64,000 bases of DNA from an uncultured Sphingomonadales bacterium (GCA_964590595.1 CAZPXQ010000003.1:71357-135356); one strand, 5' to 3'; counted from the stretch's first letter, positions 10,466-20,766 are shown. Notes: generated by a model not told the origin, from the sequence alone. Made by a program: numbers and translations.

Positions 10466-11005
10466 ATGGCCGAAGTATTCGACCAAATTTCCGACAAGCT
10501 GGCCGCGTTCATCGCCGCGCAACCGGTTTTTTTCACCGCCACCGCGACGGCGGACAGCCGCGTCAACCTCAGCCCCAAGGGGATGGACAGTTTCCGGGTG
10601 CTTGGCCCCAATCAAGCTGCCTATCTCGATCTCACCGGCAGCGGCAATGAAACGGCGGCGCATTTGAGCCATGATGGGCGCATCACCATCATGTTCTGTT
10701 CGTTCGCCCGCAATGCGCTGATCCTGCGGCTTTACGGCCGGGGCCAAGCGGTGCTGCCCGCCGATCCGCGTTGGGCGGGCCTGATCGGCCGGTTTCCACC
10801 GATCCCAGGTACCAGGCAAATCATCCTGATCGATGTCGAGCGGGTGCAGACCAGCTGCGGTTATGGCGTGCCGGAAATGACACTGACGCGCGAACGTCCA
10901 ACCATGGTCGCCTGGGCCGAGAAAAAGGGCGAAGCCGGCCTCGCCGATTACCGGTACAAGAACAACCGCTCCAGCATTGACGGCTTGCCGGTGGAAATCG
11001 GCTGA
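10466..11005 (+). CDS. Pyridoxamine 5'-phosphate oxidase-like FMN-binding protein
   Basis: VNLSPKG, YLDLTGSGNETAAH, VQTSCGYGVP. Confidence 0.85.
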   Translation: MAEVFDQISDKLAAFIAAQPVFFTATATADSRVNLSPKGMDSFRVLGPNQAAYLDLTGSGNETAAHLSHDGRITIMFCSFARNALILRLYGRGQAVLPADPRWAGLIGRFPPIPGTRQIILIDVERVQTSCGYGVPEMTLTRERPTMVAWAEKKGEAGLADYRYKNNRSSIDGLPVEIG

Positions 11006-11247
11006 TAGACCAGCTCGCCATTGATCAGCAGTTTCTTGCCGCCAAAGCTGACGCCGCGATAACTTGGATCAATGACCGTGCGATATTGGGTTTTTTCAAC
11101 CGCCGCGCGCGCCGGTTGGGCCAGCGGCTTGCCATAATAGATGGTTACCCCGTTCTCGACCCGCTGACCAAATTGCTGGCCTGGCGCGGCGGCCAAGGCT
11201 GGCGCCGCTAAAACCGCCAGCATGGCCGCGAAAATCGCAGTTTTCAT
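10948..11247 (-). CDS. Small exported hypothetical protein
   Basis: Signal peptide MKTAIFAAMLAVLAAPALA; GGAGG SD upstream; overlaps the 3' end of the convergent gene by 58 nt. Confidence 0.65.
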   Translation of the reverse strand: MKTAIFAAMLAVLAAPALAAAPGQQFGQRVENGVTIYYGKPLAQPARAAVEKTQYRTVIDPSYRGVSFGGKKLLINGELVYQPISTGKPSMLERLFLYR

Positions 11248-11279
11248 CACAACCTCCAACACAACAGAGTGATGTGATG

Positions 11280-11295
11280 ATAACCCTTTTTTAAC
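11280..11295. promoter_or_regulatory. Putative CtrA-binding box
   Basis: ATAA-CCCTTTT-TTAAC, one mismatch from TTAA-N7-TTAAC, 33 bp upstream of the small exported gene. Confidence 0.5.
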
Positions 11296-11315
11296 CCTGT
11301 GGCCAGCGGCGGCGA

Positions 11316-14300
11316 TTAGGGACGAAGCGGGGCATAGTCGACCGACACCGGTTTGGCGGTCAGCGCGACAATGCCGACTTCACCTGGTGTCGCCGGACCC
11401 TGGATTTCAAGGATCAGCTTGGCGATCACCGGCGTGCCTGGATTGCCGTGGCCGGCCGGCGGATCATAGGGCAGTTTAAGTGCGCCGCCCACATCCAGCG
11501 ATAATGTCAGATTGGTGTCGCCATAAGCGCGGCCGCCGGGCAACAACGCCGCCGCCTGATTTTGCTTGCGGTAAAACGCCTGATCGGCGGCGCATTGCTT
11601 GTCGTTGAGCGCCTTGATGCTTTGGATCGGCATGAAGTCTGGTTGTTTCACCTTGCCGACAAAGTCGCAATCCGGCGGGGTGGGTGCCTGCGCATGATTT
11701 TCGCAGCGCGCCGATCGATAGTTTTGCTCCGCTTGATACAGCCGCGACTGCGCCGTTTTGCAACTATTGCCCTGACTGGCCGCCTTACTTGGCGCGCCGC
11801 CATTGGGCGCTGGCGCTTGGCCTGAGAGGATGGCCTGAACCTGCGCGGTCAAATCGGCTTGCGCGGTTTGCATGCAAGCCTGAAATTGCTGAACTTCAGC
11901 CAGCGTGGTTGGCTGGCCGCCGCATTGTTGCAAGATGCAGCGCTGCATTTCCTGGCCAAGCTGACTGGGCGCAACATCGGGCGAAATACGGCAGCCCGCG
12001 CCCGCCTCGGGGGTTGAGGGCTGAGCGGTCGCGGTGGCCGCCGTTGCCGTGCAGCCAGCGGCCTCGGCCTTGCCCAGCGCCGCTTTGGCCGCGGCTACCT
12101 CGCTGCCGATATCCTGGCACCGCTGGTGCGCGTTGAGCGCCTGCTCATGCGCGGTTTGGCATTGCCGTTGTTGCTGCTGCGCCAAGATCACTGCGGTATT
12201 GCCGCGAACCGGGGCGCCCGGCACGGCTTGTGCCCGCAAACAACGGCCGTTCACCGCCATCGATGTGGCCGTGTAGATCAGGCTGAGATCGACGGAAAGT
12301 CGATTGGGAAAGGCCTGTGCTTGGTTCAGCAGCCATGCCTTGAATTGCGGCCGATTGGTGGCTGTATCATCGGCGCTGGGCTGCCGCGCTGTTGGATTGA
12401 AGAAGCGACCGCCCAAGGGGTTTTGGGTATTGCGTTCATACAGCCACCGCGAACTCATCATCGCGTCCAGCATGCGGTCGCTGAGATTCTGTGGTTGATA
12501 TTTGGCCAGCAGAAAATCATAAGCGGCGGCCTCCAATTGCGAGTCCGCGCCCAGCCCGACAATGTCGGGGAAGGCATAGTCCGCTTGTGCCGCCTTGGGT
12601 GCCAGGGTTTCGGTCAAACTGGCGGCAGCGGGCAGGGTAGCGCCATCGACCGACCAGATCAGCCGATCATCAGGCGCGATGACGGCGACCTGTTCAATCG
12701 ACGCCAACACCGTCTGTGCCTCGATCTCGCGCGTGTTACCGCTGCCGGCCAAGCTGTATTGATAGGGAATCAGCCGCATCGATATGTCTTTGAAGGTCAC
12801 CACCAAACGCCAGCCGTCGCGGGCCTGGGCATGGGCCAAGCCTTCGGTCGGCGCAAAGCGCAGGGATGGCGGTGTGATCTGCCGGTCCAGGGCGAGCAAG
12901 GCGCTGTGCGTTTCCACCGGCATGAACGCGCCCCAATAGGTGCCGCAATCCATCGACTTGCGGCGGCTGCTGTGCGTGCAGCGCGAAATATAATGGTCTG
13001 GCCGCAATGTGCCGAGCGAGGCCGTGCTCAAGGCCAGGCGATACAGCATGCGCGACTTCGCGTCGGGATGCGCCAGCGTGTAGGTAACGCCGCGAAATTT
13101 GCTTTCCGCCGCCGTGGTGAATTGCACCGACGGGCTTTCCGGCAAGGTCGAGAACGGCCAGTTCTCAAAGCTCAATTCACCGGTTTTTTGATCATAGCGC
13201 GGCGTGCCCAGGTCATAGACCCCGGTCAGTCGGCTGCTGGGATAGCGCGCGGCCAAGGCTTTGGCGAAAGCCTCAAGCGTGCGCAGGCTGGCATCGTCGG
13301 CGCGAATACCCGCCATGGCCGGGTCGGTGGGGAAATGATTGCGCGGAAACACCGTGGCGACATTCATGCCCCAATCCACCGCCGCCAGCGCGTCCGGCCA
13401 GGGGCTGCCGTCTTTGCCCTCGGGGCTGGTGCCATAGCCGAGAAGATAATCCATGAAGGCTTGGCGCTGCGCCGCCGACCATGTCGCTGCCTCGGTCCAG
13501 GCAAAGCTTTTAGACTGCGCGGCATTGTTGGCGGCTTGTTGGCGGGCCTTGGCCTGTTGTTGCTGCTGAAGCGTGCCGCCGGCGGGCTGGGTTTGGGCGG
13601 CGGTACGTTCACGCACCTCCAATTGCTGCCAAAACAGGCGCTCGTTTTCGGCGATCATGAAGGCCATGCGGTCGCGGTCATGGGGGCTGAGAGGGCCCAA
13701 GGGAAAGCGCAGCAAATGAAAGGCGCGGGTGTCGAATATGCGGCTGTCGGGCGGGGCCTGAAACAGGTCGGCGGCGCTGCCGGCCTTGGCCTGCGGGTCA
13801 GTGGCGGCGACCGCGACCAGGGACGCTTCGCCCAATTTGTCGGTCAAGGCTTCATCGCGGTAAAATTCAACCTTGTTTTCGGCATAATAAAAAGGCTGCT
13901 TGCGGCTATCGAGCGAGATTTCGCCATAGCTGCGACCGCTGCCTTTCAAGGGCGCGAAGCCGATCTTGACCACCGTATAAACATAGCGCGCGCCCTGCGG
14001 CATGCTGTTGACCAATGCGCGCGCCGCTTCGGGGGTCATCGCCAAATCAACCGGCTGATGTAGGAACGGCATGCCGGGCGACGATGTTTTCGCGGCTTTT
14101 TCAAATTGTTGGGTTGGCTGATGAACAAATTCGACCGGGTTAATGCGCGGCGTGGTCAAGTTCTTGGGACGCGCCGGCGTGGGGCTGCTGTCGCGCGGCG
14201 CGGGAACCTCTTGTCGCATCATCGCCCGTTCGGGACTGGTCAAACGCAGGCTGAATTTCCGCAGATCGAAATCATAGGCGCCAAGCTCGCTCGCCGCCAC

Positions 14301-14972
14301 AAACCAAGCTGCGTCGGGCATCGCCTTGTCGGCATAATAGCGCCGGAAATCGGCGAAATGTTCGTTGACGATCGCGGCATGTTTTTCCCGCAGTTCAAAT
14401 TCGTCCAAATTTTGGACGCGGCCATTGGGCAGCTTCTTGGTGATTTGCCAAATTTTGTCGATGCCGCAGCCATCGGCGGTCAAGCAAAAGGTGGCCGCAT
14501 GTTGTTCTGGCTTTAATGACAACGCCAGCGCGCGCATGAAATCATCAGCGGCGAAGCGGCGCTGGTCGGGCATCACCGGGAAGCCTTGGCAGCGTTCGAT
14601 CGATGGCGCGAAACGCTCGGCGCCTTCGGAACAGTCGGGATTGGCGCGCAAGAATGCGAGATGCGGCAACAGCCATAGCGACTGATTGTGACGCTGCATT
14701 TGCGCCGACAGGCGGCGGGCAAGCGCCGGATCCGCATTGGCGCGCTGTTGGGCGGTGGCATGGCGGGTCGGATAGGGTGCGATGCCGCCGGTGTCCTGCA
14801 GTCCAATTCGGGGAAGACCGCGCCAGCTATTCAACTCGATCCTGTGAAATTTGGCCGAGTCGGCGCCGATTTGCGTGTTAGCTTGCGCTGGCGCCCAAAT
14901 CCAAATGGCGGCGATCATCATGCTCAAGCCGCCACCAAGCAAAACCCTGCGCCGTTGATGCGAAAATAGCAT
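11316..14972 (-). CDS. Large exported Cys-rich hypothetical protein (~1218 aa; DUF4852-like repeats suspected)
   Basis: Long ORF; signal peptide MLFSHQRRRVLLGGGLSMMIAAIWIWAPAQA; GGGGA upstream of ATG 14972; 18 Cys. Confidence 0.8.
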   Translation of the reverse strand: MLFSHQRRRVLLGGGLSMMIAAIWIWAPAQANTQIGADSAKFHRIELNSWRGLPRIGLQDTGGIAPYPTRHATAQQRANADPALARRLSAQMQRHNQSLWLLPHLAFLRANPDCSEGAERFAPSIERCQGFPVMPDQRRFAADDFMRALALSLKPEQHAATFCLTADGCGIDKIWQITKKLPNGRVQNLDEFELREKHAAIVNEHFADFRRYYADKAMPDAAWFVAASELGAYDFDLRKFSLRLTSPERAMMRQEVPAPRDSSPTPARPKNLTTPRINPVEFVHQPTQQFEKAAKTSSPGMPFLHQPVDLAMTPEAARALVNSMPQGARYVYTVVKIGFAPLKGSGRSYGEISLDSRKQPFYYAENKVEFYRDEALTDKLGEASLVAVAATDPQAKAGSAADLFQAPPDSRIFDTRAFHLLRFPLGPLSPHDRDRMAFMIAENERLFWQQLEVRERTAAQTQPAGGTLQQQQQAKARQQAANNAAQSKSFAWTEAATWSAAQRQAFMDYLLGYGTSPEGKDGSPWPDALAAVDWGMNVATVFPRNHFPTDPAMAGIRADDASLRTLEAFAKALAARYPSSRLTGVYDLGTPRYDQKTGELSFENWPFSTLPESPSVQFTTAAESKFRGVTYTLAHPDAKSRMLYRLALSTASLGTLRPDHYISRCTHSSRRKSMDCGTYWGAFMPVETHSALLALDRQITPPSLRFAPTEGLAHAQARDGWRLVVTFKDISMRLIPYQYSLAGSGNTREIEAQTVLASIEQVAVIAPDDRLIWSVDGATLPAAASLTETLAPKAAQADYAFPDIVGLGADSQLEAAAYDFLLAKYQPQNLSDRMLDAMMSSRWLYERNTQNPLGGRFFNPTARQPSADDTATNRPQFKAWLLNQAQAFPNRLSVDLSLIYTATSMAVNGRCLRAQAVPGAPVRGNTAVILAQQQQRQCQTAHEQALNAHQRCQDIGSEVAAAKAALGKAEAAGCTATAATATAQPSTPEAGAGCRISPDVAPSQLGQEMQRCILQQCGGQPTTLAEVQQFQACMQTAQADLTAQVQAILSGQAPAPNGGAPSKAASQGNSCKTAQSRLYQAEQNYRSARCENHAQAPTPPDCDFVGKVKQPDFMPIQSIKALNDKQCAADQAFYRKQNQAAALLPGGRAYGDTNLTLSLDVGGALKLPYDPPAGHGNPGTPVIAKLILEIQGPATPGEVGIVALTAKPVSVDYAPLRP

Positions 14973-15079
14973 GGATTTTTCCCCTGATTGTATTGCGGTG
15001 CAATGGCACAGCCCGGCCAATGCCAGCCGCGCCATCCAATACTAGGCCGATTGCCCCCGGCCCAATCACACACGCGAAT

Positions 15080-15109
15080 GTTGTATTGCTATGGCAACAA
15101 TATGGCAAC
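15080..15109 (-). promoter_or_regulatory. Putative sigma70 promoter overlapped by a direct repeat
   Basis: Minus strand TTGCCA-N17-TACAAC; TATGGCAAC repeated at 15090 and 15101. Confidence 0.4.
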
Positions 15110-15206
15110 CCGATGAATCCGCCATTGATCGGGCCGCAGCCATCGCGGGAGCGGCTTATATATTGAATATACAGGAAAACGCGATGAGCGCCGGCGCGCG
15201 GCGTGG

Positions 15207-16580
15207 CTAAAAGGTCGAGCCTTCAAAGATCCGCATCACGTCGCCTTGCCACGCACCATGATAGGCGTTCAGCAGCAGGTCGGCGGGGGTCAGGCCCGAG
15301 GCGGCGATGTCATGCAGGCTGTTGAGAAAACCCTGCTCGCTTTCGCCAACAAAATCGCGGGCGGCACGGTTTTTAAGGCCATGATCGGCGATCGCCAGCA
15401 CTTGCTTGGCCAAGGCCTGCATGCCGCCGGCGGGGGTTTGCGCTTTCAGGCCCAGCTTGGGCACGGCATCGCGCAGCGCGACATGATCGGCGATGGTCCA
15501 ATCCTTGACCAGGTCCCAGGCGGCATTGAGCGCGGTGTCGTCATAAAGCAAGCCCACCCATAAGGCGGGCAGTGCGCAAATCCGGCCCCAGGGGCCGCCG
15601 TCGGCGCCGCGCATTTCCAGGAATGTCTTGAGCCGAACTTCTGGAAACAGGGTCGACAGATGATCCTTCCAATCGGCCAGGGTTGGCCGCTCGCCGGGCA
15701 GGGCGGGTAGTTTGCCGTCCATGAAGGCGCGGAAGGATTGGCCGGCGACATCGACATAGCGACCGTCGCGATAGACGAAATACATCGGCACATCGAGCGC
15801 ATAATCGACATAGCTGGCAAAGCCCATGTCGCCGTCGAACACGAATGGCAGCACCCCGGTGCGGTCAGGGTCGGTGTCGGTCCACATATGGCTGCGATAG
15901 CTGAGATAGCCATTGGGCTTGCCGTCGGCGAAGGGCGAATTGGCGAACAAAGCCGTGGCCACCGGCTGCAATGCCATGCCGACACGGAATTTCTTGACCA
16001 TGTCGGCTTCCGACGAAAAGTCCAAATTGACCTGAATGGTGCAGGTGCGGAACATCATGTCGAGGCCCATGCTGCCGCGCAAAGGCATATAGCGGCGCAT
16101 GATGCCGTACCGTGCCTTGGGCATCAGCGGCATGTCCTGGCGCGCGACATGGGGAATGAAGCCCGCGCCCAGAAATCCGACCTGGAAATCAGCCCCAATC
16201 GCCTTCACTTGCGCTAGATGATCGCCGACCTCGGCGCAGGTCTGATGCAGATTGACCAAGGGCGCGCCTGACAATTCCAACTGCCCGCCCGGTTCGAGGC
16301 TGACCGATGCGCCTTTTTGGGCCAGCGCGATGACATGGCCGTCTTCGATGATCGGCAGCCAGCCATAACGTTCGGCCAAGGCGGTCAAAATGTCGCGAAT
16401 GCCGCCCGGCTCCTCATAGCCGACGGGCATTTTGTCGGCCAGGTGATAGACGAATTTTTCGTGCTCGGTGCCGATCCGCCAGTCGGACGCGGGCTTGGAA
16501 CCCGTCGCCATATAGGCGACCAGGGCATCGACAGTCTCGATCGGGGCATCATCGCCCACCGCTTCGATCCGATTGCTCAT
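15207..16580 (-). CDS. gshA: Glutamate-cysteine ligase (plant/alphaproteobacterial type)
   Basis: WRIGTEHEKF, SLEPGGQLELSG, TCTIQVNLD, FPEVRLKTFLEMRGADGG. Confidence 0.95.
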   Translation of the reverse strand: MSNRIEAVGDDAPIETVDALVAYMATGSKPASDWRIGTEHEKFVYHLADKMPVGYEEPGGIRDILTALAERYGWLPIIEDGHVIALAQKGASVSLEPGGQLELSGAPLVNLHQTCAEVGDHLAQVKAIGADFQVGFLGAGFIPHVARQDMPLMPKARYGIMRRYMPLRGSMGLDMMFRTCTIQVNLDFSSEADMVKKFRVGMALQPVATALFANSPFADGKPNGYLSYRSHMWTDTDPDRTGVLPFVFDGDMGFASYVDYALDVPMYFVYRDGRYVDVAGQSFRAFMDGKLPALPGERPTLADWKDHLSTLFPEVRLKTFLEMRGADGGPWGRICALPALWVGLLYDDTALNAAWDLVKDWTIADHVALRDAVPKLGLKAQTPAGGMQALAKQVLAIADHGLKNRAARDFVGESEQGFLNSLHDIAASGLTPADLLLNAYHGAWQGDVMRIFEGSTF

Positions 16581-16649
16581 GGCACGCGGTTAGCCGATTG
16601 CCTGGCCGCTGGCAAGCGGGGAAATGCAACAATAATGTAATTACAATAA

Positions 16650-17414
16650 TTACACCCAGTCGCCGAGCACGGCCTGCCATAGCGCAATCGCCGCCAGGGC
16701 GGCGGTGTCGGCGCGCAAGATTCTGGGGCCCAGATGCACCGCCACGGCGGCCTGATGCGCGGCGATAGCCTGGCGTTCGCCCAGCGCGAAGCCGCCTTCG
16801 GGCCCGGTCAGGATGGCCCAAGGCTTGGTCGCGGGCTGGCTGTCGGCCTCGGCCAGCGCTTGGCTGGCCGGTGCGCCTTGGCGCAGTTCATCGCAAAACA
16901 TCAGCCGCCGCGCAGCCGGCCAGTCGCCCAGCAATTGATCCAGCCGCAAGGGCTCGGCAATGTCGGGGACATGGGTGCGGCCGCATTGTTCCGCCGCCTC
17001 AATGGCATGGGCCCGCAGCCGGGCAATGTTGACGCGCTCGGCAATGGTCCGCTGGGTGATCACCGGCTGCAGATGTGCGACGCCCAATTCGGTCGCTTTT
17101 TCAACTAGATAATCGACACGGTCGCGCTTGATCGGGGCAAAGCACAGCCACAGGTCCGGTACCCGTTCTTGGGCCTGGCTTTGCTGTTCGACCTGCACGA
17201 GGCCGTCTTTTTTGGCCAAGCGCTCGACCCGCGCGTGCCATTCGCCGTCGCGGCCATTGAACAGCAGCAGACGCGCACCGGCGTCCATCCGCAACACCGC
17301 CTTGAGATAATGTGTTTGCTTGGCGTCCAGCGTCACACCCATGCCTGGCGCCAGCGCCGGGACATCGACAAACAGCCGGGTCTTGGGCTGATAGCCACCG
17401 GTTCGGTTTGACAT
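16650..17414 (-). CDS. rsmE: 16S rRNA m3U1498 methyltransferase RsmE
   Basis: EKATELGV, IEAAEQC, GPEGGF, LGPRILRADTA. Confidence 0.95.
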   Translation of the reverse strand: MSNRTGGYQPKTRLFVDVPALAPGMGVTLDAKQTHYLKAVLRMDAGARLLLFNGRDGEWHARVERLAKKDGLVQVEQQSQAQERVPDLWLCFAPIKRDRVDYLVEKATELGVAHLQPVITQRTIAERVNIARLRAHAIEAAEQCGRTHVPDIAEPLRLDQLLGDWPAARRLMFCDELRQGAPASQALAEADSQPATKPWAILTGPEGGFALGERQAIAAHQAAVAVHLGPRILRADTAALAAIALWQAVLGDWV

Positions 17415-17478
17415 CGACGCCACTTCCCGCTTAGCAACCAGAACCACATTAGCATGACGGTGCAGCAAGGCGAGTGCA

Positions 17479-18399
17479 ATGGCGGAGCTTCGGCCCGAGG
17501 ACAGTTTGCGTCATCATTGGGTCGATGCCATGCCGGCGCGATGGCGGCCTTATTTGCGATTGGCGCGGCTGGATCGCCCGATTGGCGCCTGGCTATTGCT
17601 ATGGCCATGTTGGTGGGGCTTGGCGCTTGAAGCCCTGGCGCAAGACCGTGCTGGCCCATCGCTGTGGCATATGGCGCTGTTTTTCATTGGCGCCTTCGCC
17701 ATGCGCGCGGCCGGCTGCACCTATAACGACATTGTCGACCGCGCCATCGACGCTCAGGTCGAACGCACCCGCGCCCGGCCCATCGCCAGCGGTCAGGTCA
17801 GTGTTCAAAACGCCTGGCTTTTGATCATTGGTCTCTGCCTGCTCAGCCTGTTGGTGCTGCTCAGCTTCAACCGCTTCACCATTTGGCTAGGCCTGGGCTC
17901 AATGCTGGTGGTCGCGATTTATCCCTTTGCCAAACGCTTCACCAATTGGCCGCAGATCGTGCTGGGCTTGGCGTTTAATTGGGGCGCGCTATTGGGTTGG
18001 ACGGCAGGCGCTGGTGGCTTGGCTTTGGCGCCGCTGCTGCTTTATGGCGCCGGCATCGCCTGGACCTTGGGTTATGACACCATCTATGCCCATCAAGACA
18101 AGGAGGACGACGCGCTGATCGGCGTCGGTTCCACCGCCTTGGTGTTGGGCGCGCAGACCAAAGCCTGGCTGCACGGCTTTTATCTGACATTGATGGCACT
18201 GCTGGTGACTGCGGCTGGCCTCGCTGGGGCTGGGCCTTTGGGGCTGATTCTGGTATTGGCCGCCGGCGCGCACCTGGCCTGGCAATTGCGAATGCTGAAT
18301 ATTGACGACCGCGGCCTATGTTTAAGGTTGTTTCGGGCGAATCACGGCTTTGGCGCCCTGGTGTTCGCTGCACTGTTATTGGCTGGATGGGTGAATTAG
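17479..18399 (+). CDS. ubiA: 4-hydroxybenzoate polyprenyltransferase
   Basis: [39 protein letters not shown]. Confidence 0.95.
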   Translation: MAELRPEDSLRHHWVDAMPARWRPYLRLARLDRPIGAWLLLWPCWWGLALEALAQDRAGPSLWHMALFFIGAFAMRAAGCTYNDIVDRAIDAQVERTRARPIASGQVSVQNAWLLIIGLCLLSLLVLLSFNRFTIWLGLGSMLVVAIYPFAKRFTNWPQIVLGLAFNWGALLGWTAGAGGLALAPLLLYGAGIAWTLGYDTIYAHQDKEDDALIGVGSTALVLGAQTKAWLHGFYLTLMALLVTAAGLAGAGPLGLILVLAAGAHLAWQLRMLNIDDRGLCLRLFRANHGFGALVFAALLLAGWVN

Positions 18400-18401
18400 A
18401 C

Positions 18402-19910
18402 ATGGCTTTCGCATCGCTGCGTGACTTTATCGCTTTGTTGGAAAGCCGCGGCCAGTTGGTGCGGGTGTCCGAGCCGGTCTCGACCCAGCTTGAAATGACG
18501 GAAATTCAAACCCGCGTGTTGGCCCAAGGCGGGCCGGCGATCCTGTTTGAACATGTCATCAAGGCCGATGGCAGCCGCGCCGACATGCCGGTGCTGGTCA
18601 ATCTGTTCGGCACCGTCGAACGGGTCGCCTGGGGCATGGACCGCAAACCGGATCAATTGCGCGCGGTGGGCGAGACGCTGGCGTTTTTGCGCCAACCCGA
18701 ACCACCCAAGGGCATAGGGGACGCGCTGGATCTGCTGCCGCTGGTCAAGACCGTGATGGCGATGAAGCCAAAGACCGTTAGCCATGCGCCTTGTCAGGAG
18801 GTGGTGTTGCGGGGCACTGACATCGACCTCGGTCGGCTGCCGGTGCAAGGCTGCTGGCCGGGCGAGCCGGCGCCCTTGATCACTTGGCCACTGGTGGTCA
18901 GCCGCGGCCCGGGCAAGGGACCGGCCGATGGGGTGAATCTCGGCATCTACCGGATGCAATTGCTGGGCCCCGACAAGACCGTGATGCGCTGGCTGGCACA
19001 TCGTGGCGGGGCCCAACATCATGCCCGCTGGCGCCAGAAAAATCGCGAGCCGCTGCCGGTCGCCGCCGTTCTCGGCGCCGACCCCGGCACGATTTTGGCC
19101 GCCGTTACGCCAGTGCCGGATACCTTATCGGAATATCAGTTCGCCGGTTTGCTGCGCGGCAAACGGGTTGAACTGGTCGATTGCAAGACGGTGCCGTTGA
19201 AAGTGCCGGCACAGGCCGAAATCGTGCTTGAAGGCCATGTCTCGCTGGATGAGATGGCCGATGAAGGGCCTTATGGCGATCATACCGGTTATTATAACGC
19301 GGTTGAAAAATTCCCGATCTTTACCGTCAGCGCCATCACCATGCGCCGCGACCCGATTTATTTGTCGACCTATACCGGCCGCCCGCCGGATGAACCGTCG
19401 ATCCTGGGCGAGGCGCTGAATGAGGTATTTATCCCTTTGTTGCAACAGCAGTTTCCCGAAATCCTCGATTTCTGGCTGCCGCCCGAAGGCTGTTCCTATC
19501 GGATCGCGGTGGTACGGATCAAAAAGGCCTATGCCGGCCATGGCAAGCGGGTGATGATGGCGGTGTGGTCGTATCTGCGGCAGTTCATCTATACCAAATT
19601 CGTCATTGTCGTGGACGACGACATCAATGCCCGCGACTGGAAGGATGTCATGTGGGCGATCTCAACCCGCATGGACCCCGTGCGTGACATCACGGCGGTT
19701 GAAAACACCCCGATCGACTATCTGGATTTCGCTTCGCCGGTGTCGGGTCTGGGGGGCAAGCTGGGGCTGGATGCCACCAATAAGTGGCCCGGCGAGACGA
19801 CCCGCGAATGGGGCCAGCTCATCCGCATGGACCAAGCGGTGATTGACAGCATCAATGAAAAATGGCCGCGCCTGGGGTTGCCAGGCGCGGGCACTTCAAT
19901 TTGGCGTTAG
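18402..19910 (+). CDS. ubiD: UbiD-family decarboxylase (4-hydroxy-3-polyprenylbenzoate decarboxylase)
   Basis: [36 protein letters not shown]; starts 3 nt after ubiA. Confidence 0.93.
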   Translation: MAFASLRDFIALLESRGQLVRVSEPVSTQLEMTEIQTRVLAQGGPAILFEHVIKADGSRADMPVLVNLFGTVERVAWGMDRKPDQLRAVGETLAFLRQPEPPKGIGDALDLLPLVKTVMAMKPKTVSHAPCQEVVLRGTDIDLGRLPVQGCWPGEPAPLITWPLVVSRGPGKGPADGVNLGIYRMQLLGPDKTVMRWLAHRGGAQHHARWRQKNREPLPVAAVLGADPGTILAAVTPVPDTLSEYQFAGLLRGKRVELVDCKTVPLKVPAQAEIVLEGHVSLDEMADEGPYGDHTGYYNAVEKFPIFTVSAITMRRDPIYLSTYTGRPPDEPSILGEALNEVFIPLLQQQFPEILDFWLPPEGCSYRIAVVRIKKAYAGHGKRVMMAVWSYLRQFIYTKFVIVVDDDINARDWKDVMWAISTRMDPVRDITAVENTPIDYLDFASPVSGLGGKLGLDATNKWPGETTREWGQLIRMDQAVIDSINEKWPRLGLPGAGTSIWR

Positions 19911-19922
19911 AGAGGCGAGGCC

Positions 19923-20414
19923 CTATTGATCGAGGCGCGTAAAACCCTCGCGCATGGCACGCCAGCTTTCGCTGCCGAGCTGGGCTTCAAAGGCATCCTG
20001 CACTTCACGCCACAGTGGCCATGCCGCTTCCAAAACCTCGGCTCCACGCTGGGTTAGCCGTACCCGGCGACGGCGGCCGCCCTGGGTTTTCAGCGCGGTA
20101 ATCACGCCATCGCGCTCCAACGGCGTCAGATTGCGCGTCAAGGTCGATGCATCCATCGCCAAGCGCGTCGCCAATTCCGAGACCGGCGCGTCGCCCATGC
20201 AGGCGATTTCGTTTAAAATTGACATTTGCGTGGCCCGCAAGCCAGTGGCGCGCATCGCTTCATCATAGCGCCGGGTCACGATCCGGGTCGCCCGACGCAA
20301 ATTGGCACATGCGCAGACCGCCCTGATTGCGGCAGCCTTCTCGCGGTCAACACTATCGCCCGCAGCTTGCTGGGCACTGCGATCCATGTTCATTGTATTT
20401 GGCAATTCATTCAT
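19923..20414 (-). CDS. MarR-family transcriptional regulator
   Basis: CACANLRRATR...YDEAM, LAMDASTLTRNLTPLERDG, VRLTQRG; start uncertain. Confidence 0.88.
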   Translation of the reverse strand: MNELPNTMNMDRSAQQAAGDSVDREKAAAIRAVCACANLRRATRIVTRRYDEAMRATGLRATQMSILNEIACMGDAPVSELATRLAMDASTLTRNLTPLERDGVITALKTQGGRRRRVRLTQRGAEVLEAAWPLWREVQDAFEAQLGSESWRAMREGFTRLDQ

Positions 20415-20720
20415 ATCGATGTTCCACCCACCCTTACTTAAACATTTCATGGCAAACAGCCATCTGTAAAACTACTTAGCACTTGTCGATGCACAAAACC
20501 TGACGACCAGCCATCCTATCGATGGTCCGCCCCAAATGGCCTAAGGCCAGGTTCACACCCGGCCTTTATGTCCTGCGTCATCCATGCACAGCGCGCCGAC
20601 TTCGCCCTTTGTATATAAGGCAAGCCCCCCCCGGGCTGTTAGCCTGTGAACAACGCCAGCCTTTTTCACCGAACGGTTGCGGTCGAAATCAGGGCCAACG
20701 CGCCTCACATGACTTGGCGC

Positions 20721-20766
20721 AGCCGTTTCAATGCACTAAGCATGATGCGGTTGAAACGACTTTTTA
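20721..20766 (+). terminator. Hairpin followed by a T-tract
   Basis: CGTTTCAA (20724-31) pairs with TTGAAACG (20751-58), then ACTTTTT. Confidence 0.4.

Noticed and set aside
12126-14063. 645-aa plus-strand ORF
   Set aside because: Antisense shadow of the large exported protein; no motifs, typical of high-GC DNA
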